A stretch of DNA of 64,000 bases from Candidatus Binataceae bacterium (GCA_050736695.1 JBOHWH010000030.1:584-64583), one strand, 5' to 3'; positions 46,377 through 56,744 are shown, counted from the first letter of the stretch. The notes: generated from the letters alone by a model not told the origin. Made by a program: numbers and translations.

Positions 46377-47222
46377 GTGGCAGCGAAACCAAAGTCTGGC
46401 AAAAAGCATCCGATCGGGCGCAAGCGCGGCGCCCCGGGCGGCAAGGCGGCGGATGCGACAATCGGCGCGCGCAGAGGCGGGATCGCGTCGCGGCGGCAGG
46501 CGGCGGATTCGTTTGCGGTGAAGATTGCGGGGACGCGCACCTATATTGCCTATGCGATTCTGCTCGCGCTTGCCGCGCTGGTGATCGCGATGCTCTATGC
46601 CGCCGCGCCCGCGCGCGCTCAGTCCGCGGCGCCGCCGGTCGCCGCGGCAGTACCGGCGGGCGATCCGATGACGGCGGTCAAAGGCGTGGTCAATGAAGCG
46701 ATTGCCGTGTTCCGAAATCAGCAGATCTCCCAGACCGATCGGATGACGCAATTGCGCGCGATCGCGGAGGCGCACATCGATTTTGCCAGCATGGCGCGTT
46801 CGTCGGTGGGGTATCATTGGCGCGCGCTGACGCCCGAGCAGCAGGCGCAGTTCATTCCGCTATTCACGAAATTTATCGAAGACGTGGTGCTGTCGCGAAT
46901 CCAGTCCTACTCGGTGCAAAAAATCCAGTCGCAACTGCAATCGACCACGATTGACTTCATTCGCCAGCAGACCAACGGGAGCGACGCGCAGGTGTACAGC
47001 ACCGTGGTGACACAGGATCGGCCCGACCCACTCAAGGTCAACTACATGCTGCGGCAGATGAACGGCCAGTGGATGATTTACGACATCACGGTCGATGCGA
47101 TCAGCGTAATCGCGAACTATCGCAATCAGTTCAACCGGGTGATCAATAACGACGGCTACGACAAGCTGGTCACTATCCTGCGGCAGAAGTCGCAGTCGCT
47201 GGGAAGCTCACTCAGCCAATAG
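46377..47222 (+). CDS. MlaC/Ttg2D-family phospholipid-binding protein
   Basis: DFASMARSSVGYHWRALTPEQQAQFIPLF..WMIYDITVDAISVIANYRNQF. The N-terminus is probably shorter, with a signal peptide near AYAILLALAALVIA. Confidence 0.75.
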   Translation: MAAKPKSGKKHPIGRKRGAPGGKAADATIGARRGGIASRRQAADSFAVKIAGTRTYIAYAILLALAALVIAMLYAAAPARAQSAAPPVAAAVPAGDPMTAVKGVVNEAIAVFRNQQISQTDRMTQLRAIAEAHIDFASMARSSVGYHWRALTPEQQAQFIPLFTKFIEDVVLSRIQSYSVQKIQSQLQSTTIDFIRQQTNGSDAQVYSTVVTQDRPDPLKVNYMLRQMNGQWMIYDITVDAISVIANYRNQFNRVINNDGYDKLVTILRQKSQSLGSSLSQ

Positions 47223-47228
47223 CCGCAT

Positions 47229-47777
47229 ATGATCCTTAAGATTGCGCGCCTTGGCTTTCCTTCGATTAGAACCGTTGCACAGGCGGTGCCGATCGAGCAA
47301 ATCGCGACTGTGCAATTCCAGCGCCTCGTCGACGACATGGTCGAGACGATGCACGAATATCACGGTGTCGGGGTCGCCGCCCCGCAGGTGCATCTGCCGA
47401 TCCAGCTGGCGGTCCTCGAAGTCGAAAACCATCCGCGTTACCCCGATATGCCGCCGGTTCCGCTGACGGTGCTGATCAATCCTGTCGTCACGATCGTGAA
47501 TCGCGCGCCGATCGAGGAATGGGAGGGATGCTTAAGTATCCCGGACCTGCGCGGGTTGGTCCCTCGATTCAGCGAGGTCCATGTGAGAGCGCTCGGCCGC
47601 GACGCCGAACCGTTGGACTTTGTCGCTCGCGACTTTCACGCTCGAGTAGTCCAGCACGAGACCGATCATTTAAAGGGCGAGGTCTATCTGGATCGGATGC
47701 CCGATCTGCGCCAGTTGGGATTTCTGGAAGAATGGCAGCGCTTCCTGATGCCGCGAAGCAAACCAACTGAAGAGTAA
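47229..47777 (+). CDS. def: Peptide deformylase
   Basis: GVGVAAPQV, EGCLSIP and HETDHL motifs. Confidence 0.9.
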   Translation: MILKIARLGFPSIRTVAQAVPIEQIATVQFQRLVDDMVETMHEYHGVGVAAPQVHLPIQLAVLEVENHPRYPDMPPVPLTVLINPVVTIVNRAPIEEWEGCLSIPDLRGLVPRFSEVHVRALGRDAEPLDFVARDFHARVVQHETDHLKGEVYLDRMPDLRQLGFLEEWQRFLMPRSKPTEE

Positions 47778-47843
47778 CCGCGGATTTCGCAGATTTCACG
47801 GATTTAGATTTTCATAATCTGTGAAATCCGCGGTTTCTTTTTT
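47776..47843. terminator. Bidirectional hairpin between convergent def and the coiled-coil gene
   Basis: A 20-bp stem AACCGCGGATTTCGCAGATT / AATCTGTGAAATCCGCGGTT with one G-U pair, followed by a T-run. Confidence 0.6.
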
Positions 47844-48135
47844 ACTTGGGCGGATAGGGCAGGTTGGGCGGCAGCTTACCGGTCGCTTTGACAGTGCCGA
47901 TCGCCTTGCGCAGCTCGTCGTTCTGAGCGGCGAGATTTTGCTCCTCGGACTGGACGTTGGCGAGCTGGCCCTTGAGCTGGGTGTTCTGATCGCGGAGCTC
48001 GTTTATCTGCTGATTGAGCGCGGTTATCTGCTGCTGTATCTCGTCGTGCGCGGCGCGATTATGCCCCGCCCATATGTAGAACAGAATTGCCGCTACGATC
48101 GCGACTATGACCGCGCCCGCTAATGCCTTGCCCAT
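47842..48135 (-). CDS. Membrane-anchored coiled-coil protein (hypothetical)
   Basis: 97 aa with an N-terminal TM helix (AGAVIVAIVAAILFYIW) and a Gln/Asn/Leu-rich coiled coil. Confidence 0.5.
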   Translation of the reverse strand: MGKALAGAVIVAIVAAILFYIWAGHNRAAHDEIQQQITALNQQINELRDQNTQLKGQLANVQSEEQNLAAQNDELRKAIGTVKATGKLPPNLPYPPK

Positions 48136-48452
48136 CGCGCTCCCGCCCCTGGAAGATCGATTCGATACCTGACGGGATCAAGAATAAATGAGCCCAGACG
48201 AAACATAAAGCTCGGCGATTGCGCGAGGGCTACGATAGTCATGCACTGGGACCTTATTCGCCATTTCAAGAAACCGAAAGCCGAGACATCAGCCCGCCGG
48301 CCTCGAATTGACTTCCGACGCCGCACATTCCTACAATGCCGATGGATTTCGCGGCCTGAATGGAGCGCGGGTTCGGGAAGCTGAAGCGTGATAATCTCCG
48401 CCCGCGTCCACGATCCCTGCCAGACGCGTCAGCGCGGGTAAAATATAGCTAA

Positions 48453-49406
48453 ATGATAGAGGTTCAAGGTCTTACCAAATACTTCGGCGCGACGCGCGCG
48501 GTAAATCAAGTCTCGTTCAAGGTCGAAAAGGGCGAGATTATCGGTCTGCTCGGCCCCAACGGCTCGGGCAAAACCACCATCATGCGAATCCTGACCGGGT
48601 TCTTCCCGGCCACCTCAGGGCGCGCGATGATCGGCGGGATCGATATAGCCGAGCATTCGATCGAGACTCGGCGCATGATCGGATATCTGCCCGAAAACAT
48701 GGTCCTGTACCCTGATCTGACCGTCACGGCGTTGCTGGAATTTGCGGCGCGCGTGCGCGGCCTCGATGCGAAAACCACCCGCGAGCGAATAGAATTTTCA
48801 GTCAGAACCTGCGGCCTGGCAGAGGTGCGTCACAAGTTAATCGGCAAACTTTCCAAAGGGTACCGCCAGCGCGTTGGCATTGCGCAGGCGGTGCTGCCGG
48901 ACCCGGAGGTACTGATTCTCGATGAACCGACGGTTGGGCTCGATCCGCGCCAGGTGGTGGAGATTCGCGACCTGATCCGCTCGCTTGCCGGCCGTTCCAC
49001 GGTGCTCCTCTCCACGCACATCCTGCCCGAGGTCACCATGACGTGCCGGCGCGTGGTGATCATCGACCGCGGCAATATCGTCGCCCAGGACACGCCCGAA
49101 GAGTTGACCGCCAAGCTGCAGGGGAGCGACCAGACCCTGCTGACGGTCGCCGGTCCTGCCGATCAGATCCAGACCGTGCTGAGCGCGGTTCCCAACGTCG
49201 AGCGGCTCGAGCAGCGGCCCGCCGAGACCGGACAGCAGGGCACGTGCAGCTTTATCGCGTTCTCGAACGGCCACGGCGACGAGGTTCGCGGCGCGCTCGC
49301 GGCGGCGGTGGTCCAGCACGGATGGAGCCTCCTGGAGATCAAGCCGATGGCGCTGTCGCTCGAGGATCTGTTCATGCGCCTGGTCACCAAGGAAGATCGG
49401 GTCTAG
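48453..49406 (+). CDS. ABC transporter ATP-binding protein (GldA-like)
   Basis: GPNGSGKTT, LSKGYRQRV and LILDEPT motifs. Confidence 0.9.
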   Translation: MIEVQGLTKYFGATRAVNQVSFKVEKGEIIGLLGPNGSGKTTIMRILTGFFPATSGRAMIGGIDIAEHSIETRRMIGYLPENMVLYPDLTVTALLEFAARVRGLDAKTTRERIEFSVRTCGLAEVRHKLIGKLSKGYRQRVGIAQAVLPDPEVLILDEPTVGLDPRQVVEIRDLIRSLAGRSTVLLSTHILPEVTMTCRRVVIIDRGNIVAQDTPEELTAKLQGSDQTLLTVAGPADQIQTVLSAVPNVERLEQRPAETGQQGTCSFIAFSNGHGDEVRGALAAAVVQHGWSLLEIKPMALSLEDLFMRLVTKEDRV

Positions 49407-49463
49407 GAAATGAAGCTCGGATTTAACGATCGGGCCGTTGTCGGCCCCTGTTTGAGGTAATCG

Positions 49464-50300
49464 ATGTCCAACGGCGCAGCCACACTCGATGCTGTCAGGC
49501 CGGCGTCCGAAGCCGGGCGGCTGGCGGCGGCTGGAACGCGTACCGGCTTTTCACCCTCACGGATGATCGCGGTGATGCGCAAGGAATTGCGTTCGTACTT
49601 CGCGTTTCCTCTGGTCTATATCGTCGCGGGCGTGTTCACGCTGTTCGCGGGACTCCGCGCGTGGAGCGATCTTAATTTTTTCGAGACGATGGCGTTTGCG
49701 CGCGACATTATCCAGAACTACTGGCAGTTGCTGTTCTCGGATATCAGGCAGGTGCTGTGGCTGACCCTGCCGTTCATCACGATGCGATCGTTCGCGGAGG
49801 AGCGCAAACTCGGAACCATCGAGTTGTTATACACCTATCCAATCCGCGACGGCGAAATTCTGGGCGGGAAATACCTGGCGTCGCTTGTGATCTTCCTCAT
49901 GATGCTCGGGTTCACTCTGCTCTATCCGGCATATGTGTACTGGATACATTCGTTTCCGCTGTTTCCGCTGCTGGCGGGATACGTGGGGCTCTTGCTGATC
50001 GGCAGCGCGTTCCTGGCCTTTGGAGTGTTCGTATCTTCGCTGTGCGAGAGCCAGGTCGTTGCCGGTGTGGCAACGCTGGTCGGCCTTTTGCTGCTGTGGG
50101 TGCTGAACTGGAACGAAGCCGCGTTCCAGTCTTCATGGCTCAATACATTGCGCGCGTTTTCGATGTTCGATCAATTCGATACTTTCGCCAAGGGAGTAAT
50201 TGATATCGATCACGTTACTTATTTCGTGTTCTTCATAGTATTTTTCCTGTTTCTGACCATGCGTTCGATGGAGGCGCGCAAGTGGACCGGCCGGAGGTAA
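49464..50300 (+). CDS. ABC-2 type transporter permease (GldF-like)
   Basis: 278 aa with about 6 TM helices, following the ATPase gene. Confidence 0.8.
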   Translation: MSNGAATLDAVRPASEAGRLAAAGTRTGFSPSRMIAVMRKELRSYFAFPLVYIVAGVFTLFAGLRAWSDLNFFETMAFARDIIQNYWQLLFSDIRQVLWLTLPFITMRSFAEERKLGTIELLYTYPIRDGEILGGKYLASLVIFLMMLGFTLLYPAYVYWIHSFPLFPLLAGYVGLLLIGSAFLAFGVFVSSLCESQVVAGVATLVGLLLLWVLNWNEAAFQSSWLNTLRAFSMFDQFDTFAKGVIDIDHVTYFVFFIVFFLFLTMRSMEARKWTGRR

Positions 50301-51715
50301 AAGCGCAGCCCGAGACGCATGGTTCGATATGGCGCAGCTACGCCATATTGATTTACACGGTCATCGCATTGGCGGCGGTGCTGATCCTGCTCAACATGAT
50401 CATCACCGAGCATAACGTGCGCTTCGATCTGACTCCCAACAAGCAATACTCACTGTCGGATTTTGATAAGCGCGTGCTCGGCGACCTTACCCATCCGGTC
50501 AAAGTGATGGCGTTCGTGCGCACCGAAGATCCGGCCTACCTGGAACTTCAGGACCTGCTGTTTCAGGCCGCGGCGTTCAGCCCGCGGATTACCTATCAGG
50601 TGATCGACGTGAACAAGGCGCCGGGACTGGCGCATCAGTACGGGGTATCGAATTACGGCGAAGTGGTGGTTGAGTCGCAAGGCCGCCGGCGCGATTTCGA
50701 TAACGCCCGCTCCGAATTGCTGATTCCCGCGGTCCTGCAAATCTCGCAGGCCGAGGCCAAGCATATCTACTTCACCATCGGCCACGGCGAACGCGATTTG
50801 TATGATACCGATCGCACCAATGGCTATTCGCAATGGCGTAATTTGCTCGAACAGAATAACTACCAGGTTGACAACGTCTCGCTGTTCGCCGGCGGGGTGC
50901 CTGACGACTGCAAGGTGCTGGTGTCGCTCGGGCCGCGCAAGGACTTTCTGCCGGAGGAACTTGCCGAGCTTTCAAAGTACCTGGCCAGGGGCGGCCACTT
51001 CATCGCGTTTATCGATCCTTACGGTTCGCCGAGCCTGGTTAAATACCTGCAGCAATACGGCTTGAGTTTCACCGATCGGGTGGTCGTCGATCCCGCATAC
51101 CGGTTGACCGCCGGCGAAATTCTGACCACGCAGATCCCACTGCGCTCCGAAGACAACGCGATCAGCCGCGCGATGGCGGCGCCCGCGGTGTTCTCGCTCG
51201 CGCGTGGAGTCGATATAACCCTCAAGGTCGGAGCCCCCGCTCCTGATGGCTTGCAGGTTGCGCAGGAGAGCGAGTTTCTGCGTTCATCGCATGAAAGCTG
51301 GGCTTCGGGGGACGCCAAGACGCTGACCACCGGAATCACCGAGTTTCAGAGCCCGCGCGACGTCAAGGGACCGATACCTGTCGGCTCGGAAATCGATTTC
51401 ACCCCCGTGGCTAAACCGCATATCCCCCTAATTGACATGACGCGGCTGGTCGGATTTGGAAGCTCGGGGTTTCCGTCGAACCAGTTTATCGAGATGCTCG
51501 GGAATCGCGATCTTGCGGTTAGTCTGGTTAACGAAATGGCCGGAGATGAAATGCTGATCGTGAGCCGCGAACAACTCAACAAAGCCGAGACCGCGGGCTT
51601 CTATGTTTCCAATCGACAAGCTAATTTGTTGGCCTATCTGGCAGCCGGGCTCGAGACGCTGCTGCTGATGATGATCGCGATCGCCGTCTTCGTGCGCCGG
51701 AGGTTCTTCGCGTGA
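50282..51715 (+). CDS. GldG-like ABC transporter auxiliary protein
   Basis: N- and C-terminal TM anchors flank a large soluble domain, in the position of GldG after the GldA/F-like genes. Confidence 0.7.
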   Translation: MDRPEVKAQPETHGSIWRSYAILIYTVIALAAVLILLNMIITEHNVRFDLTPNKQYSLSDFDKRVLGDLTHPVKVMAFVRTEDPAYLELQDLLFQAAAFSPRITYQVIDVNKAPGLAHQYGVSNYGEVVVESQGRRRDFDNARSELLIPAVLQISQAEAKHIYFTIGHGERDLYDTDRTNGYSQWRNLLEQNNYQVDNVSLFAGGVPDDCKVLVSLGPRKDFLPEELAELSKYLARGGHFIAFIDPYGSPSLVKYLQQYGLSFTDRVVVDPAYRLTAGEILTTQIPLRSEDNAISRAMAAPAVFSLARGVDITLKVGAPAPDGLQVAQESEFLRSSHESWASGDAKTLTTGITEFQSPRDVKGPIPVGSEIDFTPVAKPHIPLIDMTRLVGFGSSGFPSNQFIEMLGNRDLAVSLVNEMAGDEMLIVSREQLNKAETAGFYVSNRQANLLAYLAAGLETLLLMMIAIAVFVRRRFFA

Positions 51716-52251
51716 GCATCCGATCGGCGGTCGTTTTAACTGTCGTCTTCATCATCCTGCTGCCGATCTATCTGTGGGGGCGGCCCGAGATAAAGGAGAG
51801 CAAGCTTCAGGAAAGACAAGAGAGTCTTTTGAAGCTCGATGGAATCGACGCGCTTACGCTGGAGCGGGGAACTGAAACCGTTCGCTTCCAAAGAACTGCC
51901 GACGGAAAGCGCTATACGATCACGCAGCCGCCCAATGCATTCATTCCGCAGGATCTGATGGACGCGATGACGACGCTGCTGGTCAATGCCAAGAAGGTCG
52001 AGGTCGTGTCCGACAATCTAAACGATCTCAGTCAGTTCGAGCTGGACCATCCCAAGTCCAGCTTGACGATCGAAGCCAAGGACAAGCCGCAGCCAATCAA
52101 AATTCTGTTCGGTGGCGAGAATCCGACTCACACCGCGATCTATGCCGAAATTGTCGGAGTGCCCAAGGTGTTTCTGCTCGGCCGGAACCTCGAGTACTAC
52201 CAAACCCTGATGTTCCAGTGGGTCGAAGGCAAGCAGGGCAAGAACGCCTGA
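51712..52251 (+). CDS. DUF4340-like protein
   Basis: 179 aa with an N-terminal anchor. Its start overlaps the GldG-like stop, the usual position of DUF4340 genes. Confidence 0.5.
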   Translation: MSIRSAVVLTVVFIILLPIYLWGRPEIKESKLQERQESLLKLDGIDALTLERGTETVRFQRTADGKRYTITQPPNAFIPQDLMDAMTTLLVNAKKVEVVSDNLNDLSQFELDHPKSSLTIEAKDKPQPIKILFGGENPTHTAIYAEIVGVPKVFLLGRNLEYYQTLMFQWVEGKQGKNA

Positions 52252-52280
52252 GCCTGCCAGGGCCGCGCGAGCGGTCCCGA

Positions 52281-52604
52281 TCATCCTGCGCTTTCGAGCT
52301 CGCGCAGCTTGGCTGTTATCTCGGTAGCGCTCGCGATTCCCTTGTCAGCCACGGTTATTTCGAGTGCGCGCAGAAAATGTTGGTAGTATTCGCCGTGATT
52401 CGAGGTGCCGTCACGTTCGCGCACTCGATCCGAATCGCCGACCTGCTCGATCAGCCGCGTGCGAAACTCGTCCCAGGAAAACAGGCCCGCCTCGCTTAGC
52501 CCCAGCGCGAGCGCGAACGCGCGCGCTTCCCACGGTGCGCTAAAAATCTCGGCACTCTCGAGCCTGACGCCGGCGAGCAGACTCTCGATTCGTTGATCGT
52601 TCAT
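52281..52604 (-). CDS. Nitrile hydratase accessory (activator) protein
   Basis: 107 aa with an [12 protein letters not shown] beta-subunit-like motif. Its start overlaps the alpha-subunit stop (ATGA). Confidence 0.7.
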   Translation of the reverse strand: MNDQRIESLLAGVRLESAEIFSAPWEARAFALALGLSEAGLFSWDEFRTRLIEQVGDSDRVRERDGTSNHGEYYQHFLRALEITVADKGIASATEITAKLRELESAG

Positions 52605-53233
52605 CGCGAGGTCCGCCGCGTATCCGCCCGCGCGGGCGCCACTACTTTGGCGACGCCGATCATCGAGTCGCGCGTGACGATTGCCGCAAGCTGTTCTTCA
52701 CTCATCGATTCGGTTCCCGCCGGCCGCTGGGGGATTACGATATAGCGCTGTTCGGCACTCGAATCCCACACCCGAACCTCGACGTCGTTGGGAACGACAA
52801 GTCCGAACTCGCGCATCACGCCGCGCGGATCGCTGACCGCGCGCGAGCGGTAGGCAAAGCTCTTGTACCAGGCGGGCGGCAGTCCGAGCACGGGCCATGG
52901 ATAACAGGAGCACAACGTGCAAACGACCAGGTTGTGCACGCGCGGCGTATTTTCAACCGCGACCAGATGGCCGCCCTCGGGCCCGGCGATTCCAAGCTCG
53001 GCGCATGCGCTGACCGCGTCGGTCAGCAGGCGGCCGTGAAACCCGGCGTCGCACCATGCCTTGGCGACCACGCGTGCGCCGGCCCGCGGACCTACGGCAT
53101 GCTGATAGGTCTCGATGATCTGATCGAGCCGCGCCGCATCGATAAGGCCCTTTTCAGATAGCAGCTCCTCGAGCGCTTTGACGCGCGCGGCGGGGCCGGA
53201 GACGGAAGTGTCATGTTGATGATCGTCGGACAT
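52601..53233 (-). CDS. nthA: Nitrile hydratase alpha subunit, cobalt type
   Basis: Metal-binding [14 protein letters not shown]. Thr in CTLCSC marks Co-type enzymes; Fe-type enzymes have CSLCSC. Confidence 0.9.
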   Translation of the reverse strand: MSDDHQHDTSVSGPAARVKALEELLSEKGLIDAARLDQIIETYQHAVGPRAGARVVAKAWCDAGFHGRLLTDAVSACAELGIAGPEGGHLVAVENTPRVHNLVVCTLCSCYPWPVLGLPPAWYKSFAYRSRAVSDPRGVMREFGLVVPNDVEVRVWDSSAEQRYIVIPQRPAGTESMSEEQLAAIVTRDSMIGVAKVVAPARADTRRTSR

Positions 53234-53255
53234 TGCTGTTTACCTGTTGGGGGAT

Positions 53256-53960
53256 TTACCTAGCGGTTTTTTTGACTCGCGATTTTTTCGCAGCTTTCTT
53301 TGCGGTGGCGCGCGGCACGGGATTGGTCCCGCCGCGCTCGAGATAATCTTCCCACAGATCGATCACTATCCGATCGCGCGCGTGTGCCGACGATCCGAAC
53401 AGGTGGTTCGCGATGAATGCGACGCAATATACATGCTGGCGCGCCTCGCCCGCGTGATGCGCATTCGTGTCGGGAAAGATATAAACGCCGCGATCGCTTT
53501 TAACCACACCGATTTTGCCGCGCACGTAGCGCGGCAGCCGGGTGTGGCCGGCGGGATTTATTTCGCGCGCGCGGACGCGCTCGCCGGTGTGGAATTTCGC
53601 GCGTGGGCTTTTGGCGCGCGGCTTTGCCGCTGCGACCGGCGCCGCGGGTATCGCCGCGGCGCCTTTGCCGCCAGCGCGCGCGTCAATCTCGGAGCGCGTG
53701 AGGATTCCTTTCTCGACCAGCAGCGTCTCCGCCGCGAGTATCCATCGTTCGTAGTAGGCCGAGGCGAGATAGCGCGCCGGCGGAATTCGCTCGATCGCGT
53801 GGCGGAACTCGTCCGCGTTGGCTCCCGTGCGCCCAAGCACAAGGTTCGTGAGCGCGAACGCACGCGCCTCCCAATCCGAATGAAACTGCGCGCCCTCCGG
53901 CTCGCCGGTCTCGATAGGCCCAAAACCGTCCATCCCGCCCATGTCGTGGATTCCGTTCAC
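53256..53960 (-). CDS. nthB: Nitrile hydratase beta subunit
   Basis: MNGIHDMGGMDGFGPI N-terminus and WEARAFAL. Confidence 0.9.
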   Translation of the reverse strand: MNGIHDMGGMDGFGPIETGEPEGAQFHSDWEARAFALTNLVLGRTGANADEFRHAIERIPPARYLASAYYERWILAAETLLVEKGILTRSEIDARAGGKGAAAIPAAPVAAAKPRAKSPRAKFHTGERVRAREINPAGHTRLPRYVRGKIGVVKSDRGVYIFPDTNAHHAGEARQHVYCVAFIANHLFGSSAHARDRIVIDLWEDYLERGGTNPVPRATAKKAAKKSRVKKTAR

Positions 53961-54072
53961 GATGCCGATTATCGGCGAGCATATGTGCGGCTGGCAAGCG
54001 CGTGGCTTCGCTCAGAGTCTGTGAATTTATTCGGGCAGCCGGCAAAGGAGAACGCCCCTTCAGTCGAATTCC

Positions 54073-54137
54073 TCAAGGCACATCAACAACGATTGTCATT
54101 CCCGCGCGCCGCTGTCGCGCCAGGAATCCCGGATTCC
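54073..54137. repeat. REP-like palindromic element, copy 2
   Basis: ctcaaggcac..ttgtcattcccgcgcgccgctgtcgcgccaggaatcccggattc, which closely resembles 36801-36866. Confidence 0.6.
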
Positions 54138-54226
54138 GAATAAATTGACAAATTCTGAGCGAAGGCCGCGGCCGCCGCTCCGGATGACGGAAGGGACAGC
54201 CGAATTAAAAAAAATTCACAAACACT

Positions 54227-55339
54227 CTAAAGCTCGAAGTGCTTTGCGGCGCGCGCATAGCGCGGATCGTCGAGACGGTTGCGGTCGGGGTTGAATCCGC
54301 GCGCGAGCGCCGAGAAATAGGTGAACAACTGAAGCGACAGGATGATCGCGAAAGGGCTGGTGGCTTCGTTGCGTCCTTCGACGCGTATCGTCTCGTCGAC
54401 GAAATCCGCCAATTCATCGCCGGGCCCAGTCACGAACGCAAGGCGAGCCGCGCCGATCTCTCCCGCCGCCCGCGCCACTTCGGCCAGTCGCGGCGATGGG
54501 CCGGTAGAGATCAAGATCAGCAGTGTTTCGGCGTCGAGCGACGCGATCGGCCCATGCAGGAACGCCTCGGTCTCGAGCGCCTCCGCGTATGTAAACGTCG
54601 CCTCTTTGAGTTTGAGCGCGCCCTCGCGCGCGCATGGGTACGCGGGCCCCGCGCCCAGCAGCACGATTCTGCGGTAGTTGCGGAATCTTCCAGCGGCGGC
54701 GCGCTCAGCCGAGGGGTAAGAGAGCCGGCGCTCGAGCATTGCCGGAACTTCCGCAAATTCACGGCGAATCGAAAGAGGGCGACTCTGCTCACCGCGTGCG
54801 ATCGCGGTTTCGATTGCGATCTCCAAAAGAATCGCGAGCGCGCCGGTCAAGCTCTTGGTGTGCGCGCCCGATTTTTCCTGCGCGGTCGTGATGAAAACAA
54901 AATCAGCCGCGAGCGCGCCCCGATGCGGATCCTCGCCGCAGATTGCCGCCTTCACGATCCGATCGAGATTCCCGCCCGCGGCGAGACGCGCGGGAAATTC
55001 CCGCCATCCGCGATGCGAGATCGCGATAATCGCCGCGCCCGGCGCGGCGGCTGCTCCATAGTGCAGATGCTCGAACGAGTTGCGCGCGCGGGCCGCGCCG
55101 AGTCCTCCGACCGCATGCAGCCAATACTCGCCGAGCATCGCGGCGTGCAGCGAACTGCCGATTCCCGAGAGCACGATCGACGGCGCATCGACGATCCGCC
55201 GTGCGAATTCGAGAGCCTCCGAACGACTTCGCGCGCGCGCAGAAAGAAGCGCGGCAGGCTGCTCGTGCATATGCTCCCACATGAAGTAGGGATGCGCGTT
55301 TCGCGTTTCATCCGCCGCATTATTTCGATTTGGTCTCAC
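54227..55339 (-). CDS. SIS-domain sugar-phosphate isomerase/aminotransferase-like protein
   Basis: 370 aa with two SIS repeats (SGIGSSLHA, LGAGPAYPCAREGALKLKE), similar to the GlmS isomerase half or FrlB. Confidence 0.8.
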   Translation of the reverse strand: MRPNRNNAADETRNAHPYFMWEHMHEQPAALLSARARSRSEALEFARRIVDAPSIVLSGIGSSLHAAMLGEYWLHAVGGLGAARARNSFEHLHYGAAAAPGAAIIAISHRGWREFPARLAAGGNLDRIVKAAICGEDPHRGALAADFVFITTAQEKSGAHTKSLTGALAILLEIAIETAIARGEQSRPLSIRREFAEVPAMLERRLSYPSAERAAAGRFRNYRRIVLLGAGPAYPCAREGALKLKEATFTYAEALETEAFLHGPIASLDAETLLILISTGPSPRLAEVARAAGEIGAARLAFVTGPGDELADFVDETIRVEGRNEATSPFAIILSLQLFTYFSALARGFNPDRNRLDDPRYARAAKHFEL

Positions 55340-55389
55340 GCGATTGTCGTTCTGTATAGCGTCTTTCTAACGCGCTCAGACGTGCTCTG

Positions 55390-55899
55390 GTGAGCGGAAT
55401 CAGACGCGACCTTGAAGCTCGGTGGCGGCGATTGGTAGCTTCGAAGCTTATCGTCGTGGCGGAAAAGCAAAAGAGTCAGTGGCCGATCGATTTGCGCGTG
55501 TGCGGATTCCTTGCAGCTTGCTGGGCAATCCATCTGGTGCGAGTTATTTTCCTCGGCGACGCGATGATCGAGAATGCCGAGCCGATTCATGCGCTCGTCG
55601 GCGGCCTTTTGTTCTATGGCGAAGCAGCGCGAATCGTGATGCTGGTCGAAGTGGGCATGTTCTGGGCGATCGCGGTCGGACTGATCGCGGGCCGGCGATG
55701 GGGTCTCGTGCTCGCGCTGATTTACATGGTCTGGACCGTGATGAGCCATCTGGTTTTTATCGTCGCATACCTGGACGTGCGGCCCGAGTGGTATCACGTA
55801 CATCTTGCGGCCAATGAGGGTCCATTCTTCGTGTTGCTGGCGCTATATCTGTGGATTCGCACCTGCGATTTGATTTTCGCCCCGGTGCCGCGGAGCTGA
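55390..55899 (+). CDS. Membrane protein (hypothetical)
   Basis: 169 aa with about 4 TM helices and no recognised family. Confidence 0.4.
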   Translation: MSGIRRDLEARWRRLVASKLIVVAEKQKSQWPIDLRVCGFLAACWAIHLVRVIFLGDAMIENAEPIHALVGGLLFYGEAARIVMLVEVGMFWAIAVGLIAGRRWGLVLALIYMVWTVMSHLVFIVAYLDVRPEWYHVHLAANEGPFFVLLALYLWIRTCDLIFAPVPRS

Positions 55900-55904
55900 G
55901 CGCG

Positions 55905-56663
55905 CTAGCCGCGCAGCATCAGGCCGCCATCGGCGCGAATTCCCGCGCCGGTCACATAACCAGCGTCGTCAGAGGCGAGAAACAAGATCACTCGGGCCAT
56001 ATCCTCGGGCTGGCCCAGCCGGCGCAGCGCGGTTTTCTTTTCCCACACCCGGCGAATTTCCTCGCGATCGAAGTTCGCGCGCGTCATCCCGGTGTAGATC
56101 GGCCCGGGCATGATGTAGTTGCAGCGGATGCCGTGTTTGCCGTACTCGAGCGCGACCGTGCGCGTGAGCCCCGCCACCCCGGCCTTCGACGAGCAATACG
56201 CCGCAAGGCCGTAGTCGGTAACTTCCGCCATCACCGAGGCGACGTTGACGATCGAGCCGCCGCCGGCCTTGATGAGCTCGGGAATCGCGCGCTTGATCAG
56301 CATGAACTGGCCGCGCACGTTCACGTTATGCACGCGGTCCCATTCCGCGAGCGGCAATTCACTGACGATCGCGTTGGTGCCGGTGCCCGCGTTGTTGACG
56401 ACGGTGGTAAGCTTGCCGAATCGCTCGAGCGCGAGGCTGACCAATTGCGCCGCGGTGTCCTCGTGGCTCACGTCGGCGGCCAGTGCGGCGCTCTTTGCGC
56501 CGGCCGCTTGGAGCATCCGCTGAGTTTCGGCGGTCGCGTCGGCCGAGAGGTCGCTGTGAATCACGCGCGCACCCTCGCTCGCCAGGAGCATCGCGGTGGC
56601 GCGCCCGATTCCCGAGCCCGCGCCGGTTACGATTGCAACTTTGCCCGCCATTCTGTCAGCCAT
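55905..56663 (-). CDS. SDR-family oxidoreductase
   Basis: TGAGSGIGRA, NNAG and YCSSKAGV (YxxxK). The start is set at MADRMAGK (ATG 56663, GGAGA upstream). The longer track ORF overlaps a tRNA. Confidence 0.85.
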   Translation of the reverse strand: MADRMAGKVAIVTGAGSGIGRATAMLLASEGARVIHSDLSADATAETQRMLQAAGAKSAALAADVSHEDTAAQLVSLALERFGKLTTVVNNAGTGTNAIVSELPLAEWDRVHNVNVRGQFMLIKRAIPELIKAGGGSIVNVASVMAEVTDYGLAAYCSSKAGVAGLTRTVALEYGKHGIRCNYIMPGPIYTGMTRANFDREEIRRVWEKKTALRRLGQPEDMARVILFLASDDAGYVTGAGIRADGGLMLRG

Positions 56664-56744
56664 GAGGTTTCTCCAATAAAAATAATCGTTCGATGGTTTG
56701 CGCTCAGCTCGACACCTCGACGCGGCGCTTCTGATCGAATGGGT

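Noticed and set aside
53247-55393. Plus-strand ORFs of 298 aa and 384 aa opposite the nitrile hydratase beta gene and the SIS gene.
   Set aside because: The minus-strand frames carry diagnostic NHase and SIS motifs. The plus-strand translations are Arg-rich with no domain pattern.
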